From: Chiloscyllium plagiosum
Taxonomy: Eukaryota
Direction of reading: 5' to 3'
DNA length: 63,875 bases
NCBI RefSeq assembly: GCF_004010195.1
Contig: NC_057750.1
Span: 13,792,033-13,855,907, forward strand
The notes beneath the pieces were generated by a model. It was given only the letters and a program-made list of their open reading frames with translations. It had not been told where the DNA came from and ran no database searches. Of this stretch, positions 24,130 through 36,004 are shown piece by piece; positions within the stretch are counted from its first letter, which is position 1, and every line of letters begins with the position of its first letter. A program made the position numbers and the translations under genes.

Positions 24130-25100
24130 TTAAGAAGGGTGTTATTAAATTGGGGAGGATTCAGAAGAGATTTACCAGGACGTTGCTGGGAATGGACAGT
24201 TTGAGTTATAAGGAGAGACTGGATAGGCTGGGATGTGTTTCACTGGAGGGGTGACCTTATAGAGGTTTATAAAATCATGAGGGGTGTAGAGAGGGGAAAT
24301 AGCAAGGGCCTTTTCTTTAAAGTACGGGAGGTCCAAATTGGGGGAAATATTTTTAAGTTGGGAAGAGAAAGTTTTAAAAACGACACTAGGGGCAACTTTT
24401 TCTTCACAGTGTGTAGGATGAACTAACAGAGGAAGTGATGGATGTGGCTACAGTTATAATGTTTGAAAGATATTTGGAGAAGTTCATGAATAGGAAAGGT
24501 TTAGACGGATATGGGCCAGTACATAGAACATAGAACATAGAAGAATACAGCGCAGTACAGGCCCTTCGGCCCTCGATGTTGCGCCGATCCAAGCCCACCT
24601 AACCTACACAAGCCCGCTATCCTCCATATACCTATCCAATGCCCGCTTAAATGCCCATAAATAGGGAGAGTCCACCACTGCTACTGGCAAGGCATTCCAT
24701 GAACTCCCAACTCGCTGAGTAAAGAACCTACCCCTAACATCTGTCCTATACCTACCACCCCTTAATTTAAAGCTATGCCCCCTCGTAATAGCTGACTCCA
24801 TACGTGGAAAAAGGTTCTCACGGTAAACCCCATCTAAACCCCTAATCATCTTGTAATTTATTCACTCTAAAATACACTATCAGGAGGTTTGATGGTGCAG
24901 TCGGTAGTGTCCCTGCCTCTGAGACAGAAACTCTGAGTTGAGATCCCAGTCCAGGACTTGTTTGCCAAGTATGTTTCACTGATCACAAGGTGAGTGTCGA
25001 TGGGTGAGTAGCAGGGCAGGTGGGACAAGTTTAGTTTGGGAACGTGGTCAGCATGGACTGGTTGGGCCGAAGGGTCTGTTTCCATGCTGTATGATTCTAT
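24130..25100 (+). mobile_element. HER1/CR1 LINE 3' fragment, split at 24521/25007 by a younger insertion
   Basis: ORF 24235..24426 RGDLIEVYKIMRG; GATATGGGCCAGTA resumes as GCAGGGCAGGTGGGAC at 25011. Confidence 0.88.
24522..24854 (-). mobile_element. Young 5'-truncated CR1 insertion of a distinct subfamily
   Basis: Uninterrupted ORF 24604..24849(-) ENLFPRMESAITRGHSFKLRGGRYRTDVRGRFFTQRV; clean (TTCTATG)n tail. Confidence 0.92.
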
Positions 25101-26011
25101 GACATATCGAATCAGAAAAGATTCACAATGAAGGTGAATGCTTTACGTGTTCATCTTAAACTCTTTGCCTGAGCCACAGCCTTTGTGACAGCGAGACAGA
25201 TCCTGAATCCACCTCGGTGCGGTGGGTGGGGGGGGGGGGGGGAAATGGGGGCCAATCTGATTCACGCCGGGATACCTATCAGCTAACCCCCTTTGCCATG
25301 GCAACGTACACGTTTCCATGCGTGTGTTAAACATGATGAGTAACAGTCGAGACTGCAATGGGATAATGGTGTATATAGCGTTATCTGCCCCACTGTTGGC
25401 ACAATATCTGTTATAGTCGTGGTTACCAGAGCAGTTGAGATACTTTCGGTAGATACACTGATACCAATCCTAACATTGGTGTTTGTCTAACTGCCTGATA
25501 CCATGTCAGGAAAGATGCCTCTCAGCAGAAGAGAGGCACTGTTTTACAAAACAGTAAGAGTTGATTACGTTGCTCTTAATAACTGTTCACATTACATCTG
25601 AGATATATGAGAGTCTCTTGTGAAATTATTAGGCTCACATTAAGAGTAAACACACACGCTAGAACAACAACTGTAGCACTCAAATGTACAATTTAACTCT
25701 TTTCATGATCAATGCTGATCTCTGGAACTTAGTGTATATTAGTTAACCCTTTCAGGCCCTTCCTGCCAGCGACCACGCTCTCCATCATCGGGCTGATCAG
25801 GAATCTTTCCTGCACCCACTGCCTACCCTCGGTGTGCGTATGTATGTGTTGGAACAATATATCCATCGACACTCACCTTGTGATCAGTGAAACATACTTG
25901 GCAAACAAGTCCTGGACTGGGATCTCAACTCAGAGTTTCTGTCTCAGAGGCAGGGACACTACCGACTGCACCATCAAACCTCCTGATAGTGTATTTTAGA
26001 GTGAATAAATT
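24855..26011. repeat. 149-bp inverted repeat pair (24855..25003 / 25863..26011)
   Basis: Reading by eye shows exact reverse complementarity from AATTTATTCACTC to GTGTCGATGG. Confidence 0.95.
25292..25305. promoter_or_regulatory. Candidate RFX X-box
   Basis: TTTGCCATGGCAAC is a 13/14 match to GTTGCCATGGCAAC; half-site GTTTCCATG at 25312; motif evidence only. Confidence 0.45.
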
Positions 26012-26033
26012 GAATATTTTCTTGCTTTCCATA

Positions 26034-26340
26034 TAGAATTATAGAATTCCTACAGTGTGGAAATAGGCCATTTGGCCCACCAAGTCCATATCATACTGAC
26101 CCACCTTCCCTCCCCCTGTAACCCTGCATTTCCTGTGGCTAATGCCTGGACACTTTAGGCAATTTAGCATACCAGTCTACACTAACCTGCATATCTTTGG
26201 AGTGTGGGAGGAAACCGGAGCACCCGGAGGAAACCCACACAGACACGGGGAGAATGTGCAAACTCCACACAGACAGTCACCCAAGGCTGGAATCAAACCT
26301 GGTGCCAGGAGGCAGTAGTGCTGAGCCACCATGCCACCGT
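26034..26340 (-). mobile_element. HE1 SINE
   Basis: V-domain and (TAGAAT) tail; a + strand 3' fragment follows at 26415-26510. Confidence 0.88.
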
Positions 26341-28315
26341 GAAGCATTGCCATGTATTTGGATTAACAGCCCAGCGATAATACCAGTAGGCCATCACCTC
26401 CTCCCCAGGAGGATGGTAGGGGAATGGGTCTGGGTGGGTTACTCTTTGGAGGGTCAGTGTGGACTTGTTGGGCCGAAGGGCCTGTTCCCATGCTGTAGGG
26501 ATTCTATGATGATGAACGTGAATCTCTGCCTGAGCAACACTCCAAAGCTGCACCCCATGTGCTTAATGTCCATCAAGTAACGTGGTGAGATTTGAACCCA
26601 GGACCCCCCTCAGGCATTGGCACTGGGCGCTGCTTGTCCACTGATCTTAGCACCACACCAACATTGCCACTGCATTGTGACAAAGGAGAGTCAGCCCGAA
26701 CAGCAAAGGGCTATCTGAGACATTTTAAGGGGTAGGCTATATCAGGTCCCCATGACACTGACTGGTCAAGGCACAGTTGCCTGGTGATCCCAGAGGACAG
26801 AAAGGAAGAGTATAGATTTCCAGCACATAACTCCATGCCTCAGGACCTCCCAAAGTGCTGTGTGGGCCATTGAAATGCTTTTGAAGGGTGGTCACCATTG
26901 CTCAGCGATCTCCGTGTACAGCAAGATCCCATAAATAGTAATAAAACAATCATCAGCACCTATTTGAATAAGCAAGGATGCGTTGTGTCATAGATTGCGA
27001 AGTTTGCTTGTGGGCTTCATGTTTCCAAACACTGCTATAACGTGTGGTTTCTGAGGTGAGATGCTATGCATGGCACTGTCCCACTTCCAGCGTTAAGGAC
27101 GTTCTTGCCTGTGATATACCATTGCGTCTTTTGAAGAGCACTGGGCACTCAATGCGACAGCATCAGACTCCTTCTGTCTGCCATCACCCCCAGAGCAGAT
27201 TCCACAGTTCAACATTAGGAAAGGCCTGCTCCCACAACTCCTCTCGGACAATATCCCAACCTCGGGGCACTCAGCGTATCCACTCAACTCGTCTGAAGGC
27301 CCTCTTCAGGAACGGTCAGTCAGTTCTTATCAGCTGCTACCTTGGAGCTGAATTGTTTCATAATCTTTATCAGAATGTGGGCTGGCTACTTAATGGTATT
27401 TGTTGCCTTTGAATATGTTGCCCCGTCCCTAACTGCTCCTTGAGTAGGCTGGGACGAGGCCTTCTCGAACCGCTGCAGTCCGCGTGCTATAGGTAGCCCC
27501 CGAGGGAGGGAATTTCAGGATTTTGACCCAGCGACAGTGAAGGAACGGCGATTTATTTCCCAGTGGGTACGGTCTGTGGTTGGAGGTAGTGTTCCCATGT
27601 ACGCCTCATCCATCTGGGTGAGAGTCGGGGTTTGGAAGGCACTGTCTCAGGAACATTAGTGATTCGCTTCCGTGCACCTTACAGATTGTGTGATGGCGTC
27701 GAAGGGAGTGTATTTTGTCCAGTTTGACACAACTCAGTGATTTGGAAGACCTTTTCAGACAGCAGTAAAAAGTCAACCAGACAGTTGTGGGTCTGGAGTC
27801 ACATGTAGTCCAGACCAGGTGAGATTTCCTTCGCAACAGGACATCAGTGAACCAGATGGGGGTTTTAACAATAACAAAACCTGGCAGTTTTGTGCTCATC
27901 ATTACCAAGAGTAGTTTTATAATTCCTGATTTACAAACTCTTAATCATCTGATCAAGGTGGGTGATTGGGCAAGTTATTTTGGTGTTGGAGGGGGAGGGA
28001 GTTGGAGTGTTGGCAGCTCCCAAACTTACAAAAATATGAGAAAATCATGTTGTCATTTATTGACTATATTCAACTCAGACTTCCAGGTCTTAGAGAATCC
28101 CAAGATGCCTGGATAAAGCAGAGGGTGCACCTGATTATCTATGACTGCATTCAATGATGGAACAACTACAAAGGGACATATTTTATGCTCTTGTTCCTAT
28201 CTCTTATGTTCTTATGTTACCCCCTCACTCCCCTCACTGGCTTAAATTGTTCCCCATTATATTGGAGTTGCTTGTTATGCTGCTAAAGAATATTGAGAGA
28301 GTGTGGCATCATTAG

Positions 28316-28790
28316 GTTAAATCACACAACACCAGGTTATGGTCTTAGAATCCCTACAGTGTGAAAACAGGCCCTTCAGCCCAGCAAGTCCACGCTGACC
28401 CTCCGAAAAGTAACCCACCCAGACCCGTTTCCTTATTTCTCTACATTTACCCCTGACTAATGCACCTAACGCCATGTGCAATTTAGCATGGCCAATCCAC
28501 CTGACCTGCACATCTTTGGATTGCGGGAGGAAACCGGAGCACCCGGAGGAAACCCACGCAGGCACGGGGAGAACGTGCAAACTCCACACAGTCAGTCGCC
28601 CGAGGCTGGAGTTGAACCTGGGAACCTGGTGTTGTGAGCCACCGTGCCACACGGTGATGATGATGGACACCACAACCACCTGATGAAGGAACAGTGCTCC
28701 GAAAGCTAGTGCTTCCAAATAAACCTGTTGGACTATAACCTGGTGTTGTGTGATTTAACTTTGTACACCCCAGTCCAACATCTAAATCAT
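28316..28790 (+). mobile_element. Penelope-like hairpin insertion, family B, with nested HE1 SINE (28345-28650, -)
   Basis: Left arm GTTAAATCACACAACACCAGGTTAT, right arm ATAACCTGGTGTTGTGTGATTTAAC plus tail. Confidence 0.88.
28677..28711 (+). ncRNA. Minimal type I hammerhead ribozyme motif (family B)
   Basis: CAC-CTGATGA-A-GGAAC AGT GCTCC-GAAA-GCTA-GTG: stem I CAC/GTG, stem II with one mismatch, palindromic AGCT stem III, CUA triplet. Confidence 0.75.
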
Positions 28791-29631
28791 GGAATGATTA
28801 AGAAACTTCTTACTGTGGTTTAAACTTGCCATGAAGTTGCAAGGAAGACAAAGATCACATGACATCACATCACTTTCTATGATGATGTATAAAGTGTCTC
28901 ATTAATATACCGCACTCAGATGTAACCACTTATTTCCATAAGGATCAAATATTTTGCATCTGAAATTATGCAGTCATGTTGAAGTGACTTGTTTGGAAGG
29001 TGCTGTCTAAGGAGCTTTGGTGAATTTCTGCAGTGCATCTTGTAGCTGCCGCTACTGAGCGTTGGTGGTGGAGGGAGGGGATGCTTGTGGTTGTGGTGCC
29101 AATCAAGTGGGCTGCTTTGTCCTGGATGGTGTCGAGCTTTGTGAGTGTTGTTGGAGCTGCCCCCATCCAGGGGCAAGTGGGGAGTATTCCCTCACACCCC
29201 TGACTCGCGCCTTGTAGATGGTGGACAGGTTTTGGGGAGTCAGGTGGTGAGTTACTTGCTGCAGAATTCCTAGTCTCTGACCAGGCCTTGTAGTCAATGT
29301 GTTTATATGGCTAGTCCAGTTCAATTTCTGGTCAATGGTAACTCCACCACCCCCCTCCCCCCCCAACGATGTTGACAGTGCGGTATTCAGCCATTGAATG
29401 TTAAGGAACAACTAGAGATGCAGAGGACGCAGAACGGAAACAATTTAGCTGGACAGAGCAGCATCTAAGAGTGCAGTATGGACACCCAGTGTTTCAGGGA
29501 ACTCGGAGATCTGTAGCAGAGCTGCAACAGAGTCCCATAGAAGCTAAGAAACATGATCGCACCACCATCTATGAGGTCAGGTCAAAGCAGGAGTGTTGGA
29601 ACTTAATCATCACCGGAAACATTATCAGAAG

Positions 29632-29915
29632 AGGTGGCAGGGTGGCCCAGTGGTTAGCCCTGCTACCTCACAGCGCCAGAGACCTGGGTTCAATTCCCAC
29701 CTCAGGCAACTGCCTGTGTGGAGTTTGCACATTCTGCCCGTGTCTGCGTGGGTTTCCTCCGGTTTCCTCCCACAGTCCAAACATGTGCAGCTTTGGTGAA
29801 TCGGCCATGCTAAATTGCCCGTAGTTAGGCGAAAGGGTAAAATGTAGGAGGGTGGGTTGCTCTTCGGAGGGTCGTTGTGGACTTGTTGGGCCTATTTCCA
29901 CACTGTAAGTAATCT
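29632..29915 (+). mobile_element. HE1 SINE
   Basis: A/B boxes, V-domain, tail CACACTGTAAGTAATCT. Confidence 0.9.
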
Positions 29916-30629
29916 TAAAAAAAAAACCACTGAAGGAAGATAACATTTAGGACCACCTTGACCAGATTCCATCATTGTTACAATGATCAAAAGGTTTGGC
30001 TGATCATAGTCAGATACAATACTTGGCATGGCACTTTGGCAAGGTCATTGATTCTAAATATTGTGCTGAAGTCTCTCAGAGGGATTTAAATCCACAACCT
30101 TCGGAATCAGAACTGAGAGCAAAGCCCCAAATGGTGCAGCTCTGATCGAAAATGGGAAAGGTCCACTCTCAAAGTCTTCAGCTGGGAGCATGAATGGAAG
30201 AGTCAAAGTCGAGAAAAAGATAAAGAAGGCCTCTCATATCATTGTGAAAAATGTATTGAATTGAATTTTACAATCGACAGTAAACACCACTTTGGAGATT
30301 AGATATTTCAGTTACTAAGAAAATAAACGTGCCAAGAAAATCGAAAGGGAAGTGACAAAATCAAACATTCGCGGGTTTTGGTGGGGGGGATAAGGCCATG
30401 CAGCACCACTCGGTGGTCAGACTGTGCAATTACAGAGTCTATGGAGCTCATTGCAAATGTGGACATGACAAGTGATAAGACATGCAGGTCGATCCAACAG
30501 GATTGGAAATCAAGACAGCACGAAATAAGGTGTTGTGTGCGCGCAGACAGAAGAACCCTGAAATTCTCCAAGAACCAGATGTGAATCCGATGTACTGTTT
30601 AAGAGACTATTAATTCAAGTTGACCTTTG

Positions 30630-31045
30630 GTTGACCAGGTTTTGCCCGCTCTGGAGGGTTTTAGTTATGAGGAAATGTTGGATAAACTCGGATTGCTTTC
30701 GCTGGAAAGACAGAGGCCGTGGGGCGAACTGATATAGGTCTACAAAATGATGAGAGGCATAGATAGGGTGGATAGTCAGAGGCTTTTTCCCAGAGTTGAA
30801 GGGGAGGGAGGGAAAGTTTCGGAGGTGCTGGGTGCCTGGAATGCACTGCCACTGGAAGTGGTGGAAGCAGGTACAACAGCAACGTTTATCACTTATCTCG
30901 ATAGACATATGAACGGGAGTCGAACAGAGGGATGGAAAACACGTATGGGGAACAATTAGTGGGTCTAAATAAGGACTAGGAATCGGTACAGGCTTGGTGG
31001 GCCGAAGGGCCTGTTCCTTTGCTGTATTGTATTGTATTGAATTGT
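30630..31045 (+). mobile_element. CR1 LINE 3' fragment with (TATTG)n tail
   Basis: ORF 30747..30959 MMRGIDRVDSQRLFPRVE..AWNALPLEVVEAGT. Confidence 0.88.
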
Positions 31046-31596
31046 ATAAATTGAAGGCATGTGTTTGCACTGGTTAGAACATCAGCTGAACAGCAGGGGA
31101 CGGTTAGCATAGAAAATGTTTCAGGCAGGATGTGACTGGTGTTATTCCACAAGAGTCTGTGTTGAGTCTGAACTATTTTGGATGAGTAAAATCTCATGTT
31201 CAGCGTAGTCTATAGGTTACCGACTAATGGGAATCACGTAGAGCTAGAGGTTTGCCAGCACTTTACAGAGAGCTTCAAGAATTGTTGGGTAGTTATAACA
31301 AAGTGCTTAAATAATGAGTATAGACAGAACCGTTAGTAATGTTAGGGGCAGGGGGTCCAATGATTTATTCAGGAGAAATGTCCACAGCCCAATGGGACAG
31401 GAGATACTGCTAGACCAGGGTCTCAAGAATGAGATGGACTGAACGAATCAAGGGTAAATAGGAGAAGGTTTAAGGAATAGTGACCATTATATCGTAAGGT
31501 TAAAGATGGCTATGGAAAAGGATCGGGAACAATCCAGAGTGAGAGTGATTATCTGGGGAACAACCAAGTTCAAAGGGATAGGCTCTGGTCCAGATG

Positions 31597-31945
31597 GGGC
31601 GGCACGGTGGCTCAGTGGTTAGCGCTGCTGCCTCACAGCGCCATGGACCCTGGGTTCGATTCCAGCCTCGGGCGACTGTCTGTGCGGAGTTTGCACATTC
31701 TCCCCGTGTCTGCCTGGGCTTCCTTCGGATGCTCCAGTTTCCTCCCACAGTCACAAAGATGTGTCGCTTAGGCAGATTGGCCATGTTAAATGACCCATAG
31801 TGTGCAGGGATCTGCAGACTCGGGGGATTATCTGTGGGAAATGCACAGTAATAGATCTAGAGTCTGGTTGGGATGCACTTCAGAGGGTTGGTGTGGACTC
31901 AATGGGCCGAATAGCTTGCTTCCACGCGGTAGGGATTCCATGAAT
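31597..31945 (+). mobile_element. HE1 SINE (older variant)
   Basis: GGGCGGCACGGTGGCTCAGTGG head, V-domain, GGGATTCCATG tail. Confidence 0.88.
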
Positions 31946-32193
31946 TGGAATCAAAATGTATTTGGCAAAGCAGTAAGTGAACAATGAAATTGGATTAGAA
32001 TTGAGGTTTGTTCCCATGGAGGAAAAAGGGAAGATAAACAAATCCAGAGCTCCTCTGGATTCCAAAAGAGATGCATACGAAAATCAGTTTGAAAGACCGT
32101 TCTTATGACAGATCTCAAGTGGATAGTACAGCCATGAACCAGGCTGAATGCAGTGTGTTTTATTAGTTTTTCTGATTTTGGGCTTAAATGGGA

Positions 32194-32656
32194 CACCTCC
32201 CCCCTCACTTCCCTCCAAGGCCCCAAGGGATACTTCCATATCTGCCACAAATTCACCTGCACCTCCACACACATCATCTATTGCATCCTCTGCACCCGAT
32301 GTGGCCTCCTCTATATTGGGGAGACAGGCCGCCTACTTGCGGAACATTTCAGAGAACACCTCTGCACTGCCTTCCTAACCTGCAATCTTCTTCCTGACCT
32401 CTCCGCCCCCACCCAACTCCGGCCTATCACCCTCACTTTGACCTCCTTCCATCTATCGCATCTCCAACGCCCCTCCCCCAAGTCCCTCCTCCCTACCTTT
32501 ACCTTAGCCTGCTTGGCACACTCTCCTCATTCCTGAAGAAGGGCTTATGCCCGAAACGTCGATTCTCCTGCTCCTTGGATGCTGCCTGACCTGCTGCGCT
32601 TTTCCAGCAACACATTTTCAGCTCTGATATCCAGCATCTGCAGTCCTCACTTTCTC
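32194..32656 (+). mobile_element. 5'-truncated, internally deleted Penelope-like element, family A, with GIY-YIG endonuclease remnant
   Basis: ORF 32153..32536 FTCTSTHIIYCILCTRCGLLYIGETGRLLAEHFREH (GIY-YIG with the PLE cysteine motif); perfect 11-bp TSD CTTAAATGGGA 32183..32193 / 32657..32667. Confidence 0.95.
32529..32565 (+). ncRNA. Minimal hammerhead ribozyme motif (family A)
   Basis: CTGAAGA 32533..32539, extra A, GGGC TTAT GCCC, GAAA 32553..32556, CGTC with GUC triplet ending at 32560; stem I weak (TC/GA). Confidence 0.7.
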
Positions 32657-33084
32657 CTTAAATGGGAAAAGAACTGGTTTGAAACCAGTCAGAAGGAGAG
32701 GAAAACAAGGCAGAAATTGCGGAGGCCCCTGCCATAACATTACAGCTTTCCTTGAATGTTAGAGACTGGAGAGTTGCTAAACATTACATACATGTTCAGA
32801 ATAAAATAGTTTATTGAGAAATGAACAGAGAGGGTTGATGAGGACAAAGCAGTGGATGTGATGTACCCGGACTTCCAGAAAGCATTTGACGACATGCCAC
32901 AGAACAGACTGGTGAATAAATGTGATGTTCTTGGCATTTTGCTGCACTGCCAATGTAGGATACAAAATTGGCAGAGTGTCAGCCAACAAAATAAAGGTGC
33001 GTGGTCACTTTTAGCACTCAAGGAGAGGTTTATTGTAGAGGGACCTGTGTTGAAAGGCATTCTTTTCCTTATACTAATAGAGAA

Positions 33085-33640
33085 ATAGAGTTTTAGAGGT
33101 TTACAGGCCTTTCAGCCCAACTAATCCATGCTGCCCACTTATCACAATTAATCTAGTCCCATTTGCCTGCATTTGGTCCATATCCCTGTAGACCTATCCT
33201 AACTATATATTTATCCAAATGTTTCTTAAATGACAAAATTGTACTCGCCTCCACCACTACCTCCGACAGCCTGTTCCAGACACTAACCACCCTCTGTGTG
33301 GAAAAAACTGTCCCCTGGACTTCTTTGTATCTCTCCCCTCTCACCTTAAACCTATGCTGTCTAGTTTTAGACTCCCCTACCCTGGGAAAAAGCTATTGGC
33401 TACTTACCTTATCTATGCCTCTCATGATTTTATAGACCTCTATGGGGTCACCCCTCAGTCTGCTGTGCTCCAGGGGAAGAACATCCCAGTCTATCCAGCC
33501 TCTCCTTATAACCCAAACCTTCCAGTCCAGGTAGCATCCTGGTCAATCTTTTCTGCACTCGTTCTAGTTTAATAATATCCTTTCTGTAGTCGGGTGACCA
33601 GAACAACATCAGCACTCCAAATGTGGCCTCACCAACATCT
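33085..33640 (-). mobile_element. HER1/CR1 LINE 3' fragment
   Basis: ORF 33448..33705(-) FWSPDYRKDIIKLERVQKRLTRMLPGLEGL; ORF 33153..33344(-) TQRVVSVWNRL. Confidence 0.9.
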
Positions 33641-33962
33641 TGTCTAGCTGCTCCCCTAGCTTGTGCTCTGAGGGTTATAGTTTCAATAACTGCTGATGCT
33701 AGCAAACTGGGCCGGAAGAAAAGGACATAGACAAACTGCAGTTGATGTTGAATATAGAGTTGTGAAGCGATTCACCTTGGTAGGAAGGACATGGAGAGAC
33801 AATCTGAAATAAGGTGTATAGGATATGCAGGAACAGAGGGAGCTGTGTGTATATGTACATGGAAGGTTACAGGTGGTGAAACAGGTTAAGAACATAGTTA
33901 ATATGGTTAAAACGAGTATGAGTACCAAAAGCATGATATCATGTTAAACCTATATCAATCAT

Positions 33963-34150
33963 GGGTGGCTCGGTGGCTCAGTGGCTAGCACTGCTGCCTT
34001 ACAGCACCAGGGGGACTCTCTGTGTGGAGTTGGCCATGCTAAATTGCCCATAGCATTAGTCAGGGGTAAATGTTGGGGGTGGATTACTCTTCGGAGGGTC
34101 AGGGTGGACTTGTTGGGCCAAACGGCCTGTTTGCACACTGTAGGGAATCT
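33963..34150 (+). mobile_element. Internally deleted HE1 SINE inside an old CR1 fragment (33690-34680)
   Basis: Head and tail present, V-domain deleted (CTGTGTGGAG joined to TTGGCCATGCT). Confidence 0.8.
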
Positions 34151-35340
34151 TATCACTATTTTGGACTTACCTGGAGGATTGGATCCAACTCTGAGGTACT
34201 TTGGGTAGAAATGTGAAGGCATTGAAAGAGGTGCAGGAGAGATCCGAAAAGCATGATCAAAGGGCTGGGGAATTGCAACGATAGAACTGGAGAAGCCGGG
34301 GCAGTTTGCCACCAAAAATAGACAGCTGAGAAAGGACTTGTGTTCAAAACCATAGGGGACCTGCGCAGAAAAGGTCAGGAACAATGTTTGGCTAAAGAAG
34401 TAACAAAAACATGAGGGAAGACATTTAGAAATGGCAAGTGTTCCGGGTCAAGCGACGCACTATTTGAGACTATGACGTTCACCCTGAGGCGATAAAATGG
34501 AAATGGGATGATTATCTGAAAAATAACATATTTGGACATGCACTTGCAATGCCAAGGGATACAAGGCTATGGGCCGGGTGCTGGAAAATGGGGTTAGAAT
34601 AGTGAGATGGTTGCTTTTGACCAGCATGGATGTGAGGAGCTGAAGGGCCTTTTTCTGTGTTGGAGATCTCCCTGACTCTAAGACTTTATGGCATTCTTAG
34701 GGCTGAAGGGTATGGGATACAGGTGGGACCAGGGGCCTGAGTTGGATTTACAGCCATGATCCTATTGAATGATGGAACAGGCTCGAAGGGCTGAATGGCT
34801 TCCTCCTGTTCCTGCTTCCTACGTTTCCAATGGCAGCCATTACCAGAAATCTGCACAGTTATTAAGAACACCCAGAGCCCTGAAAATGTGAGCACTTGCA
34901 CAACCAGTTTTTGCAGCCGATGTGTTTTAATAGAAAGTGGCCGGTGTTTGCCAACCATAATGCCTTGGAATATAACAAACTGCACATTGTCTACAAATAT
35001 AATGCACTATATTATTTTCAATACCTAAAAGCTTCCTGCATGTCACATAACATTACATCGTGAAATAGGCACATGAATTCCTTGTTCTTTATGCAAAACC
35101 CTGCTTCCAAAACTTGGCAAAGTCAAGATCCACAGCAACAGGGAAAGGCTTGTCTTCTAACAAAGAGGGAGAGGAAACACTTATGATGCTAAACTTGATG
35201 TTTTGTTACACCTATATCAATCACGGGTGGCTCAGTGGTTAGCACTACTGCCTCATGGGACCTGGGTTCGATTCCTGTCTCGGGTGACTCTCTGTGTGGG
35301 GTTGGCCATGCTGGTGGAGTTGCAGATACTGAGGAGGATT

Positions 35341-36003
35341 GGGGTGGTACGGTGGCTCAGTGGTTAGCACCGCTGCCTCACAGCGCCGGGGACCCAATTT
35401 CGATTCCAGCCTCGGGCGACTGTCTGTGTGGAGTTTGCACATTCTCCCCGTGACTGCGTGGGTTTCCTCCGGGTGCTCCGGTTTCCTCCCACAATCCAAA
35501 GAGATTAAATTAGATTAGATTACATTACAGTGTGGAAACAGGCCCTTCGGCCCAACAAGTCCACACCAACCCGCCGAAGCTCAACCCACCCATACCCCTA
35601 CATTTACCCCTTACCTAACACTACGGGCAATTTAGCATGGCCAATTCACCTGACCTGCACATCTTTGGACTGTGGGAGGAAACCGGAGCACCCGGAGGAA
35701 ACCCACGCAGACACGGGGAGAATGTGCAAACTCCACACAGTCAGTCACCTGAGTCAGGAATTGAACCCGGGTCTCTGGCGCTGTGAGGCAGCAGTGCTAA
35801 CCACTGTGCCACCGTGCCGCCCAAAGATGTGCAGGTTAGGGTGGCTTGGCCATGCTGAATTGCCCATAGTGTTCAGAGATGTAGGTGCATTATTCAGAGG
35901 TAAATGTTAAGGAATGGGTTTGGGTGGAATACTCTCTGGAGGGTCGGGGTGTGGACTCGTTGGGCTGAAGGGCCTGTTTCCACACTGTAGGGATTCTATG
36001 ATT
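35341..36003 (+). mobile_element. HE1 SINE with an opposite-orientation young HE1 nested at 35503-35820
   Basis: TSD CCAAAGA 35496..35502 / 35821..35827; host SINE resumes in register. Confidence 0.93.
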
Positions 36004-36004
36004 G

